Assembly (NCBI GenBank): GCA_038144595.1
Contig: JAYQOB010000008.1
Coordinates: 151,871-215,870, forward strand
DNA: 64,000 nt
Direction of reading: 5' to 3'
Origin: Candidatus Poseidoniales archaeon
GTDB lineage: Archaea > Thermoplasmatota > Poseidoniia > Poseidoniales > Poseidoniaceae
The notes below the pieces were generated by a model. It did no database searches and was not told the origin of the DNA. It was given only the letters and a program-made list of their open reading frames with translations. Below are positions 29,777 to 38,241 of this stretch, one piece after another. Position 1 is the stretch's first letter, and each line of letters starts with the position of its first letter. The translations under genes were made by a program, and so were the position numbers.

Positions 29777-30700
29777 TCATGATGCTTGCTCGTTGGTTCT
29801 CTGTTTGGATTGCGCCAAGGCGACACCGCCGACGATCAGCGCAAAGGCCACGACCAGCGACGTTCCGAGTTGTTCGTCGAGCAGAAGCCAACCGCCGAGG
29901 ATGCCGAAGGGCGGAACGAGGTAGACGTAGAAGGCTGCAGGCCCTGCGCCGATGATGCGGATGCCGTCAGCGAACCAGACGTAGGACACCACCGTGGAAA
30001 AGACGGCGAGGAACACGATGCCCACCCATGCCTCTGCGCTCGGGAAGGTCCATGCTGCACCCACCGCCTCAATCCCAGCCCAGGGCGTGAGAATGAGCAG
30101 ACCAATCACGGAGGACCAGACCGTCAGGTGAAGCGGGCTCAGCGGTGCCTGTGCGTCGTCCGGTGTATCGGTCATGGCGCGCTTCATGACGATGGTTGAC
30201 ATGGCCCAGGCAAAGGCAGAGCCGGCGATGAAAGCGTTTCCAATCCAACGGTCCACCGCAGGAATGTCCGTGTTGGGCGAAGCAAGAAACAGCACTGCAA
30301 TGCCGGCCACGGCAAGGGCCAAGCCCCCGAGAAGCCGCCAGGTCATGCGTTCATCAAGGAGCAGTACGGCCAGAAAGGCCGTGAAGAGCGGATTGAAGGT
30401 GATCATCAGCGAAGCGTCGCCAGCGGCCGTGTAACCCATCCCGAACATGAACAGCACCTGGTACATGAAGGTCGAAAACAGGCCGATGAGCGCGACCTGT
30501 TTCCACTGGGAGCGTGAGGGCATGACCCACTGAGACGACCACTTGAGGTAGGCCAGAAACAGAGCGACGACCATCACATAGCGAATCCATGCTGCCCCGA
30601 TGGGCGGTAATTCCGTAGCGACCACACGGCCCGCAGGCCAGCCAAAACCCCAGATACCAGCGACGATGACCAATTTGGCATGAACACTGGCGTTGTTCAT
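29777..30700 (-). CDS. DMT/EamA family transporter
   Basis: About 10 TM helices in two EamA-like repeats (IWG.GW, P.FTA, L.E). Confidence 0.85.
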   Translation of the reverse strand: MNNASVHAKLVIVAGIWGFGWPAGRVVATELPPIGAAWIRYVMVVALFLAYLKWSSQWVMPSRSQWKQVALIGLFSTFMYQVLFMFGMGYTAAGDASLMITFNPLFTAFLAVLLLDERMTWRLLGGLALAVAGIAVLFLASPNTDIPAVDRWIGNAFIAGSAFAWAMSTIVMKRAMTDTPDDAQAPLSPLHLTVWSSVIGLLILTPWAGIEAVGAAWTFPSAEAWVGIVFLAVFSTVVSYVWFADGIRIIGAGPAAFYVYLVPPFGILGGWLLLDEQLGTSLVVAFALIVGGVALAQSKQRTNEQAS

Positions 30701-31236
30701 TCAAATCGCTCCAGGCCCAACTGCAGCATCCGGGTTCGGGGGAGGCCGATTTCCGGAAGTCCTGCGGCTGGGGCGTGGAGCTTGAGGCCTTCAATCCTGT
30801 TCACGTACAGGCCATAGCTGGCGATGTCGTCGGGTTTGTACGGGGTGTCAAGGCCCATCTTTTGCAGTGTTTGGCACGCTTTTTCGGAGTAGATGGGGAA
30901 CAAGTTGGTGGAGAAGTGCATCCATTCAGAGATTCGCTGGGCGTCAACGCCGTCAAGCGTCATGAGGTGCTCGAGCAGTGAAACATCGGGGTAGTTGGTG
31001 GTTCGCAGCACCATCTCCACTTCGTTCACGATGTCCTCGGGCCAAGCGAACGGCACACGTTCAGCCCACTGGTCGGCGATGCTGATGTGCTCGATGGATT
31101 GCTCGGCTTGAACGGCGTACAGCGATTCAATGTACGACCGGTCTTCGTAGGCGTCGGTGACAAGACCGGGAAGGTTCTCAAAGAAGCGTTCACACATCTC
31201 GGCGTCGACACCGTAGAGGGCGACGGGAATCATCAA
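30697..31236 (-). CDS. Hypothetical protein
   Basis: 179-aa ORF tightly packed between the boxB-like and DMT genes. Confidence 0.7.
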   Translation of the reverse strand: MMIPVALYGVDAEMCERFFENLPGLVTDAYEDRSYIESLYAVQAEQSIEHISIADQWAERVPFAWPEDIVNEVEMVLRTTNYPDVSLLEHLMTLDGVDAQRISEWMHFSTNLFPIYSEKACQTLQKMGLDTPYKPDDIASYGLYVNRIEGLKLHAPAAGLPEIGLPRTRMLQLGLERFE

Positions 31237-31251
31237 CGATCACTCCGGTGT

Positions 31252-32412
31252 TCAGGCACTTGCGCCAATGCCAGAGGCGATTTGGCGAGCGGTCATGGGC
31301 TTCTCAGCCACCCATTGTTGCTTGAAGAGTTCCTTGAGGTCCTCCTCGTCTTGGGCGGTGGGCAGGTGAGCGGCCATGTAGGCGTCCCACTCGTCGTCGG
31401 AGCCTTCGAACAGGGTGCCTTCAACGGTGTAGCGCTGGCGCTTGAAGTGGCCGATCTCACGGTGGAAGTTCTCGTGAGGGACGTACAGGTCAGCAGCACC
31501 CTCGGGGAGGTAGCCGCAGAGTTTCTTGACCTCAGCCACGATCTCCTCGTGGTAGTGCTGGCGGGCCTCTTCGTTGAGTGTTTCCTTGGACACTTCGATG
31601 TCGCCCTCGAGCTTCTTGCGCTCGTCCCAGCGTCCTTTGATGCCCCAAACGTAGGCCCAGTGAGCGGAGGAGGATTCGTCAACACCGAACAGGTCGTGAG
31701 CGGTGGACACCCACTTGTTGATGTAGCGCTGGAGCATGTCAAGGGGAATCACGCCGGCCTTGATAATGCGGCGCAGGCCGTTGGAACCGGTGCCCAGGTG
31801 GAAGGATTCTTCCTTGAGCATGGGGCCCATGCTGGCAGCCAGTGGCTTGAACGCCGAGGTGGAGAGCATGCCGAGTTGGAACTTGCCGTCACGGTCCACG
31901 AACATCGTGTAGCAGAAGAAGTCCAGCCAGTGGGGCATGGGGCGGTTGAAAGCGCCAAGGAGGCGGTCGCCGTCCTGGGCGTTGCGCTCGAGGAGCTTTT
32001 GCGCCTCACGTCGTCCTTGCTGACCGAAGTAGGTCATGAGGAGGTAAGCCATCTGCCAGCCGTGTCGCTGCTCTTCCGCCATGATGCGGGCGGCTGCGTA
32101 GCGGTCGTAGTCGGTTGGTGCGGTGGCGAGGAGGTGGCGCTGCTGCTCCACGGAGGCGAATTCGGTATCGCCCTGAACGGTGATCATGCTCACGAGGGCA
32201 TCTCGCATGCTTTGATGGGGAACCTGAAGGGATCGTTCCCACTTGGCTCGACCGGCGTAGTCGCCGAATTCAATGACGTCGCCAGCACGCTCCCAGTCGA
32301 ACTGGATGGAGAGGTCAAAGTCGCCCATCCATTCACGGTCGTAGCCGACGTTGTCTTGCCAGGTTTTGAAATTCTCAATCCAGTCGTCCCAAGTCTTCGG
32401 TAGGTTGTCCAT
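31252..32412 (-). CDS. BoxB-like (PaaA/BoxB family) di-iron aryl-CoA ring epoxidase
   Basis: QGDTEFASVEQQRHL, EEQRH, YFG..GRREA..LLER, LGAFN, DRDGKFQL and EESFH closely match BoxB motifs as recalled; two ExxH di-iron motifs are present. Confidence 0.8.
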   Translation of the reverse strand: MDNLPKTWDDWIENFKTWQDNVGYDREWMGDFDLSIQFDWERAGDVIEFGDYAGRAKWERSLQVPHQSMRDALVSMITVQGDTEFASVEQQRHLLATAPTDYDRYAAARIMAEEQRHGWQMAYLLMTYFGQQGRREAQKLLERNAQDGDRLLGAFNRPMPHWLDFFCYTMFVDRDGKFQLGMLSTSAFKPLAASMGPMLKEESFHLGTGSNGLRRIIKAGVIPLDMLQRYINKWVSTAHDLFGVDESSSAHWAYVWGIKGRWDERKKLEGDIEVSKETLNEEARQHYHEEIVAEVKKLCGYLPEGAADLYVPHENFHREIGHFKRQRYTVEGTLFEGSDDEWDAYMAAHLPTAQDEEDLKELFKQQWVAEKPMTARQIASGIGASA

Positions 32413-32435
32413 GGTTGAAGGTGGACGGGGACCTC

Positions 32436-32474
32436 CTTATACCCTTTACGAACATGTTCGTGCGAACATGTTAG
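32436..32474 (-). promoter_or_regulatory. TATA box plus tandem palindromic operator upstream of the boxB-like gene
   Basis: Minus-strand TATAAG (32441-32436) lies about 25 bp before ATG 32412. Perfect 14-bp palindrome ACGAACATGTTCGT at 32448-32461, and a second copy CGAACATGTT at 32463-32472. Confidence 0.6.
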
Positions 32475-33094
32475 CCACTTTGGCGACGGATCTCTTCGGT
32501 AAAGGCATGAAAGACGGCCGACTCAATGCGTTGGAGTTGGTTCGATAGCGTTGATTTGGCGACGTTGAGCAGGCCGGCCAGCTCGGTCAAATTGATGCGA
32601 CGAGGTACATCCCAGTAGCCTTCGCGAGAGGCGACTTCGAAGACCTCTCGCTGACGCGGTGTCAGCAATCGAGCGCCCGTGCTTCGTGTCGAGAGAAGTC
32701 GGTGGGGGATCTCATCGCTTCTGAAACGGTTGATCAGGGCTCGCATGGTTTCGCGCGTGCCCTCAACCGTCCATTCAACCCAACCGTCTCGAACTTCGAA
32801 GGGTGTTCGCGGCACGACACCAAGGTCGACGAGCGGTCGCAGGAATCCGCCTCCACCCGCCGAGATGTTGACCGAGAAACGACCGTCTTCCGGCTCGCTG
32901 CATTCGTCGATACCGCCGTGGGCCTGCACGGTGGCGTGGATGGACTCGTTGCTCCAACAGCGAGCGGTACCGCGCCCTTTGCTCAGCGGCATGTGTTGTT
33001 CGATGCGAAGCGTTGCGGAAGGATGCTCGCGTGTCACGTCGCCAGCCCAGTGGCCTTGAGGGAGACGGACGTCGATTCGCAGCTGTTGAGCCAT
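32471..33094 (-). CDS. Bat-type (HTH_10) archaeal transcriptional regulator
   Basis: C-terminal LTPRQREVFEVASREGYWDVPRRINLTELAGLLNVAKSTLSNQLQRIE is the HTH_10 signature. Confidence 0.88.
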   Translation of the reverse strand: MAQQLRIDVRLPQGHWAGDVTREHPSATLRIEQHMPLSKGRGTARCWSNESIHATVQAHGGIDECSEPEDGRFSVNISAGGGGFLRPLVDLGVVPRTPFEVRDGWVEWTVEGTRETMRALINRFRSDEIPHRLLSTRSTGARLLTPRQREVFEVASREGYWDVPRRINLTELAGLLNVAKSTLSNQLQRIESAVFHAFTEEIRRQSG

Positions 33095-33111
33095 GGTTGC
33101 GCCTCGGTTGC

Positions 33112-34065
33112 TCACAGGGGTCGTCGCTGCTCGGACCTCACCACGGTGTTCTTGGCGACGTCGATGAGTTCGTTGTAGGTGGTGGTGTGGGTGGCCTCCA
33201 CCTTGACGCCCGGCAGGTAGCCGTCACAAACACCAGCGGCAGCAAAAATGGCGTCTTCACTCTGGCAAAGGTCGTGAGCCTTCCAAAGGCGGGTCAAGTC
33301 GTCGCCCACCATGGTCCCTGCACGCGCTTCTTCCTCGGGCGAGCGGAACATGAGTCGTCCCTCAAACATCCCTCCAACACCTCGAATGGCCGTGGCTGAA
33401 ATGACGCCTTCAGGCGCAGCACCGATGCCCATGAGCATGTCGTACGGGCCGTCGTCCTTCGCAGCCCAGATGGCGCCGGACACGTCGCCGTCGCTCAGCA
33501 AGTGAAGTTGGGCGCCAGCGTCTCGAATCTCCTTGAACAACCCCGCATGACGCTCACGGTCGAGGGCCACGATGCGAACATCACCTGCTTCGCAGTCAAG
33601 GACGTGCATGGCCTGTTCGATGTTGTAGGCCACACCACCGTCAAGGGCGACATGGTCGGCAAGGGCGGGTCCGGCAGCGAGTTTGTCCATGTAGCAATCG
33701 GGAGCGTGAAGCAACGTTCCTCGGGGGGCCGCTGCCAGCACGGCGATGGAATTTGGAAGGTTGTCGGCACAGTTGTTGGTGCACTCAAGCGGGTCAACGG
33801 CGATGTCGATTTGCGGGGCGCCCGCCTGACCCACCATGGAGCCGAGTTCTTCACCGATGTACAGCATCGGGGCATCGTCTCGCTCACCTTCGCCGATCGC
33901 CACTCGTCCGTCGAACGGCACGGCGTCGAAGGTGCGTCGCATGGCTTCGACGGCAGCGTCGTCAGCAGCGTTTTTGTCGCCTTTTCCTCGCCAAGCCGCG
34001 GAGGCGATGGCCGCCTGGTCGACGGCCTCTACAAAGTGGTGTGCAAGCTCGCCGATGATGCCCAT
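33112..34065 (-). CDS. glpX: Fructose-1,6-bisphosphatase class II
   Basis: GKGDKNAADDAAVEAMR, IGEGERDDAPMLYIGE, DIAVDPLE, YMDKL, DGDV, GAAPEGV. Confidence 0.92.
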   Translation of the reverse strand: MGIIGELAHHFVEAVDQAAIASAAWRGKGDKNAADDAAVEAMRRTFDAVPFDGRVAIGEGERDDAPMLYIGEELGSMVGQAGAPQIDIAVDPLECTNNCADNLPNSIAVLAAAPRGTLLHAPDCYMDKLAAGPALADHVALDGGVAYNIEQAMHVLDCEAGDVRIVALDRERHAGLFKEIRDAGAQLHLLSDGDVSGAIWAAKDDGPYDMLMGIGAAPEGVISATAIRGVGGMFEGRLMFRSPEEEARAGTMVGDDLTRLWKAHDLCQSEDAIFAAAGVCDGYLPGVKVEATHTTTYNELIDVAKNTVVRSEQRRPL

Positions 34066-34104
34066 GAGTGACCGGAATCGCGGGAACGCCATCAAGTCAA
34101 CGGT

Positions 34105-34557
34105 TCAGTTTCCCTTGAATTTCTCGACGACTTGAAGGTCGGTGATGCGAGCAACAGGGTACTGGCCTTCGTCGTCCTTTTCGAGGGATTTCACCATGTC
34201 AAAGGCGCACAAGAGGCCGGCGGCGACGCCGGTGAGCGCCTCCATTTCGATGCCTGTTTTGTAGTGAGCGCTGACCGTCACGGAGCACCACAAACCGGTG
34301 CCCTCCCACGACCAATCCACGGTGGTCCCCTCGAGGGGAATGGGGTGGCAATGAGGGATGATACGAGGGGTGTCCTTCACGGCTTGAAGAGCGGCGATGG
34401 TCGACGCCTCGAAAACGTCCCCTTTCTTGATGTTCCTTGAAACGATGGCGTCCTTCGTGGCTTGGCTGAACAGCACCTTTCCACGGGCGGTTGCTCGTCG
34501 CTCAACCACAGGCTTCTGTCCGATGTTGATGATGCCCTCAATTGATTTCTCGCTCAA
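34105..34557 (-). CDS. moaC: Cyclic pyranopterin monophosphate synthase
   Basis: KKGDV, IPHCHP, KTGIEMEAL, DMVKS; TTG start overlaps the moaE stop. Confidence 0.92.
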   Translation of the reverse strand: MSEKSIEGIINIGQKPVVERRATARGKVLFSQATKDAIVSRNIKKGDVFEASTIAALQAVKDTPRIIPHCHPIPLEGTTVDWSWEGTGLWCSVTVSAHYKTGIEMEALTGVAAGLLCAFDMVKSLEKDDEGQYPVARITDLQVVEKFKGN

Positions 34558-34979
34558 CCCAACCCCTCCTTCCAGGTCTCCCCTTCGCTGGTGACTTCTT
34601 TCTTCCATATGGGTGCTTGCTTCTTCAATTCATCAATCAGCCATTCGCATGCATGAAACGCCTCTTTGCGATGCGGGCTGCCCACATGAATGGCGACGAT
34701 GGGTTCCTGCGGCCCCACCGAACCTGTGCGGTGGGCCATGGCCACTGAACCCACGCCGAATTCCTGGATGGCTTCTTCCGCAAGGCGATGGAGGACGGGC
34801 GTCAATCGGTCTTGCCAAGCATCAAATTCCAACCTCAACACCTCGGCCTCACCCTCTGTTTCTCGCGTCAAGCCGACAAAGGAGACCACGGCGCCGCACC
34901 CTTCCGTGTCCATCTTGGCACGGAGGGCGTCGGGCAGAAGGACATCGGGCGCTTCTTCGACAAGGATGCGCGCTGCCAT
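34554..34979 (-). CDS. moaE: Molybdopterin synthase catalytic subunit
   Basis: GAVVSFVG.TR, HRTG, SPHRKEAF.AC..LIDELK..APIWKKE. Confidence 0.93.
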   Translation of the reverse strand: MAARILVEEAPDVLLPDALRAKMDTEGCGAVVSFVGLTRETEGEAEVLRLEFDAWQDRLTPVLHRLAEEAIQEFGVGSVAMAHRTGSVGPQEPIVAIHVGSPHRKEAFHACEWLIDELKKQAPIWKKEVTSEGETWKEGLG

Positions 34980-35031
34980 GGTCCGAACGAGAGGCGGGCA
35001 TCATACAAACCTCACGCCTCCATGGCAAGCC

Positions 35032-36306
35032 ATGGCCGACGGTTCCCCCGCCGACTCCATCACCATCATGGGTGCGGGGCTTTCCGGGTTGGCGGCCGCC
35101 ACGCTTCTTGCTCGAGCAGGTCGCGAGGTGCACGTCCATGACATCCGCAACGATTCCGGCGCTCGGTTCGACGGTGATTTCCAAGCCTTGGAAAATTGGA
35201 GCATGGACGCTGACTTTTTTGACCAACTCGAAGGTTGGGGCTTTGATTCAACAGCGTTCAAATCCACATCGTTTTCAGTGGTGGACTTGATTCACCCCGA
35301 CGATGTTGTCACCCAAGCCAAGACCGATGGTGTCGCCTACCGCATCGTTGAGCGCGGCACCTCGGACCACACCATCGACCAGGCGTTCAAGCGGATGGCC
35401 ATCGAGGCCGGTGCGACGTTGCATTACAAGTCAAGGATTGACGAAAAGGACGCCGACATCGTGGCGTGTGGGCCAAAGGACACCTCGGCCATCGCACTGG
35501 GCGAAATCTTTCACACTTCGCACCCCAACCACATCGCCTTTCAACTGAACGACAAACTCGCTCCCGGGGCGTACTCCTACCTCATCGTCATCGACGGCGT
35601 GGGTCTCATCTGCACCTGCCTGTGGCGCAAACAAAAGAAAAGCGAACGGTTCCTCAACGAGACCATCGCCTGCTACCAGCGCCTCTACCCCGACATGGAC
35701 ATGCAGCCCGTAAAGCGGGTGGGCGGCAAAGGCGATTTCACGCTCAACGGCTTCTACACCGTCCCGGGGACCGGCCAGCACTTTGTCGGTGAATCCGGTG
35801 GTCTCCAGGACTTCATGTGGGGCTTTGGCATGCGAATGGCGGTGTGGTCCGGCGTCTTGGCGGCTGAGGAAATGCTCGGTGGCAAGCCCTACGAAAAGGA
35901 AGTCCGCCGTCAACTGCTTCCCTACGTCCAGACGAGTGTGGCCAATCGCTGGCTGATGAACAGGGTGGGCGACCGGACGTTCAAGCGCATGTGCGTGCAG
36001 TGGATGCGAGATCAGAAGCGAGGCGGGGACGGGCTGCGATGGATTGGGAAGTTGTTTCGTCCCAGTTTGTTCAAGCGCTTGGTGTTCCGCGTGACCTCAC
36101 CGTTCATGCTCAAGCGAATGGAGGGCCCGACGCGCCCGCTTCGGCTGCCGTTCCGGAAAGCCAAACCCCGCGACGCGTGGGAACAGAGCGAAGCGGCGCT
36201 GGAGGTCAAAGCGCGATGGGAGGCGGTTCGGCGAGGTGGCGGGCACGTCTCCTTCACGAGCAACGCCGAGGGTGAGGCGCAAGAAATCTCAGCGATTTCT
36301 TCATAA
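35032..36306 (+). CDS. FAD-dependent oxidoreductase (geranylgeranyl-reductase-like superfamily)
   Basis: GAGLSGLAAA Rossmann motif, APGAYSY, VGESGGLQDFMWGFGMR.A..SG. Confidence 0.8.
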   Translation: MADGSPADSITIMGAGLSGLAAATLLARAGREVHVHDIRNDSGARFDGDFQALENWSMDADFFDQLEGWGFDSTAFKSTSFSVVDLIHPDDVVTQAKTDGVAYRIVERGTSDHTIDQAFKRMAIEAGATLHYKSRIDEKDADIVACGPKDTSAIALGEIFHTSHPNHIAFQLNDKLAPGAYSYLIVIDGVGLICTCLWRKQKKSERFLNETIACYQRLYPDMDMQPVKRVGGKGDFTLNGFYTVPGTGQHFVGESGGLQDFMWGFGMRMAVWSGVLAAEEMLGGKPYEKEVRRQLLPYVQTSVANRWLMNRVGDRTFKRMCVQWMRDQKRGGDGLRWIGKLFRPSLFKRLVFRVTSPFMLKRMEGPTRPLRLPFRKAKPRDAWEQSEAALEVKARWEAVRRGGGHVSFTSNAEGEAQEISAISS

Positions 36307-36362
36307 TACCAACCCCTGTGGCTCAAGGCATGAGCGACCTCTACGGATTGAAACTTGAGCCC

Positions 36363-37195
36363 ATGCCAAACCGACTTGTCAACTACGGTGTGACCGACAA
36401 CGGCATCGCCGTCATTGAACTCACGTCCGATTCGGCCGGTGCTCCCTTGAGGGTCCCAACGACCGCTCGCCCAACACCTACACTCACGGCATGATGCGAG
36501 ACATCGACGAAGCCATCGTCCGTGCTCGTTTCGACGACAGCGTCACCTGCATCGTCCTCACCGGCAACGGTGCCTCGTTCTTCTCAGCGGGTGCTTCCAT
36601 CCAGATGCTGAACAGCGTCAGCCCCGGCTTCAAGTACAACTTCTGCCTTCACGCCAACGAAACCCTCTCTCGCCTCGAGCAGACGGCCAAGCTTGTCGTG
36701 TGCGCCATCAACGGCCACGCCGTCGGCGGTGGACTTGAAATCGCCATGGCGGCCGACATCCGCATCGCTCGCAAGAACTCCGGGAAGGTTGGCCTGCCTG
36801 AGATCAACCTCGGTGTGCTCGCCGGAACCGGCGGTACCGCTCGCCTCACCCGCCTCATCGGCAAGGCCAAGGCCCTCGAGATGATGGTCACCGGCGAACT
36901 GATGTCCTTTGAGGACGCTCACGCTTGCAACCTCATCAACCACATCTGGGAAGGCGACCCCGATGACTTCCGCCGAGACATCCTTGACTGGTGCAGCCAG
37001 TTCACCCTGCCCAACAAGGCCGTCAAGGCCGTTGGCAACATCAAGCGCTCCTGTCAAACCGGTCCTGAAATTCCCTTCGAGTACCACTTGGCACTCGAGC
37101 GTGAGCTCCAAGCCGCCCTCTTCAATAGCAGCGACGCCAAGGAAGGCATCGCCGCTTACGTTGAGAAGCGTGTGGCCAACTTCACCGGTCAGTGA
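36363..37195 (+). CDS. Enoyl-CoA hydratase/isomerase (frameshift near 36447)
   Basis: ATG 36363 (MPNRLVNYGVTDNGIAVIEL) joins PNTYTHGMMRDID with one extra base; FSAGA, FCLHANETL, NGHAVGGGLE, GLPEINLG. Confidence 0.85.
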
Positions 37196-38142
37196 ACTTC
37201 GGCGTGGTACCCATGGACAACATCCACGTTCCAGCCGACGTTCCCGACGAGTTGATCGAGACCTACCTCGACAACATGGCCGCCGCCACCGCGGGCACGG
37301 GCAGCATGAACCTCTTCGCTTGCGACCAGAAAATCGAACACCTGAACGACGATTTCTACGACGGCGGCAAGACCATTCCGCTCTCGTCGAACGACCCCGG
37401 GCATTTGTTTGAGATCGGTGCACGCGCCCACGCCGACGGCACCATCGGTGTCCTCGCCGGTCAGTGCGGTCTCATCGCCCAGTACGCTCGAGACCACCCC
37501 GACGTGCCCTACCTCGTGAAGTTGAACTCCAAGTCTCACCTGGTCAAGACCGCTCAGCGCGACCCCATCAGTCAGGCCCTTTGGGACATTGACGACGTGA
37601 TGTCGCTGGTCCACAACGGCATCAACGTGGTCGGTATCGGCTACACCGTGTACATCGGCAGCGAATACGAGCATGAGATGCTGACCGAAGCCGCTCACTT
37701 CATTCGCCAGGCCCACGAACTCGGGATGATTTCGGTCGTCTGGATGTACCCCCGCGGTCAGGCTGTTGCCGACGAGAAAGACCCGCAACTGATCTCGGGC
37801 GCCGCAGGCGTTGCCAGTTGCATCGGTGCGGACTTTGCCAAGGTCAACTACCCCAAGGCCTTCGAGGGCATGACGCAACCTGAATCTCTGAGGATCGCTG
37901 TTGAGGCCGCAGGTCGCACGGGCATTATCTGCTCGGGCGGTGGTTCGCTCCCTCCACGTGACTTCCTTCAGCGCCTGTACGATCAAATGGCCGTTTCCGG
38001 CTGTCGAGGCGCTGCGACCGGTCGCAACATCCACCAGAAGACAACCGAGGAAGCCGTTCGCATGACGGCTGCCTGCCACGCGATCATTTGCGAAGGTGCC
38101 TCGGTTGACGAGGCCATGGCCATCTTCTTTGAAGGCAATTGA
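37192..38142 (+). CDS. Class I fructose-bisphosphate aldolase (DhnA-type)
   Basis: ACDQKIEH, YLVKLNSK, GYTVYIGSE.E, WMYPRG, GADFAKVNYP (Schiff-base Lys), GRNIHQ. Confidence 0.85.
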   Translation: MNFGVVPMDNIHVPADVPDELIETYLDNMAAATAGTGSMNLFACDQKIEHLNDDFYDGGKTIPLSSNDPGHLFEIGARAHADGTIGVLAGQCGLIAQYARDHPDVPYLVKLNSKSHLVKTAQRDPISQALWDIDDVMSLVHNGINVVGIGYTVYIGSEYEHEMLTEAAHFIRQAHELGMISVVWMYPRGQAVADEKDPQLISGAAGVASCIGADFAKVNYPKAFEGMTQPESLRIAVEAAGRTGIICSGGGSLPPRDFLQRLYDQMAVSGCRGAATGRNIHQKTTEEAVRMTAACHAIICEGASVDEAMAIFFEGN

Positions 38143-38198
38143 AATTCATCCGGTCCTAGATTCTCATGAATCACAGGGTAGCGAGTGATTCGAAAGCC

Positions 38199-38241
38199 CT
38201 GCGAGCCCTCTGATTGGGTCAAAACGAATCAGTGGGCTTGT
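38199..38241 (+). repeat. Left inverted repeat (43 bp)
   Basis: CTGCGAGCCCTCTGATTGGGTCAAAACGAATCAGTGGGCTTGT is 40/43 identical to the reverse complement of 40047-40089. Confidence 0.92.
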
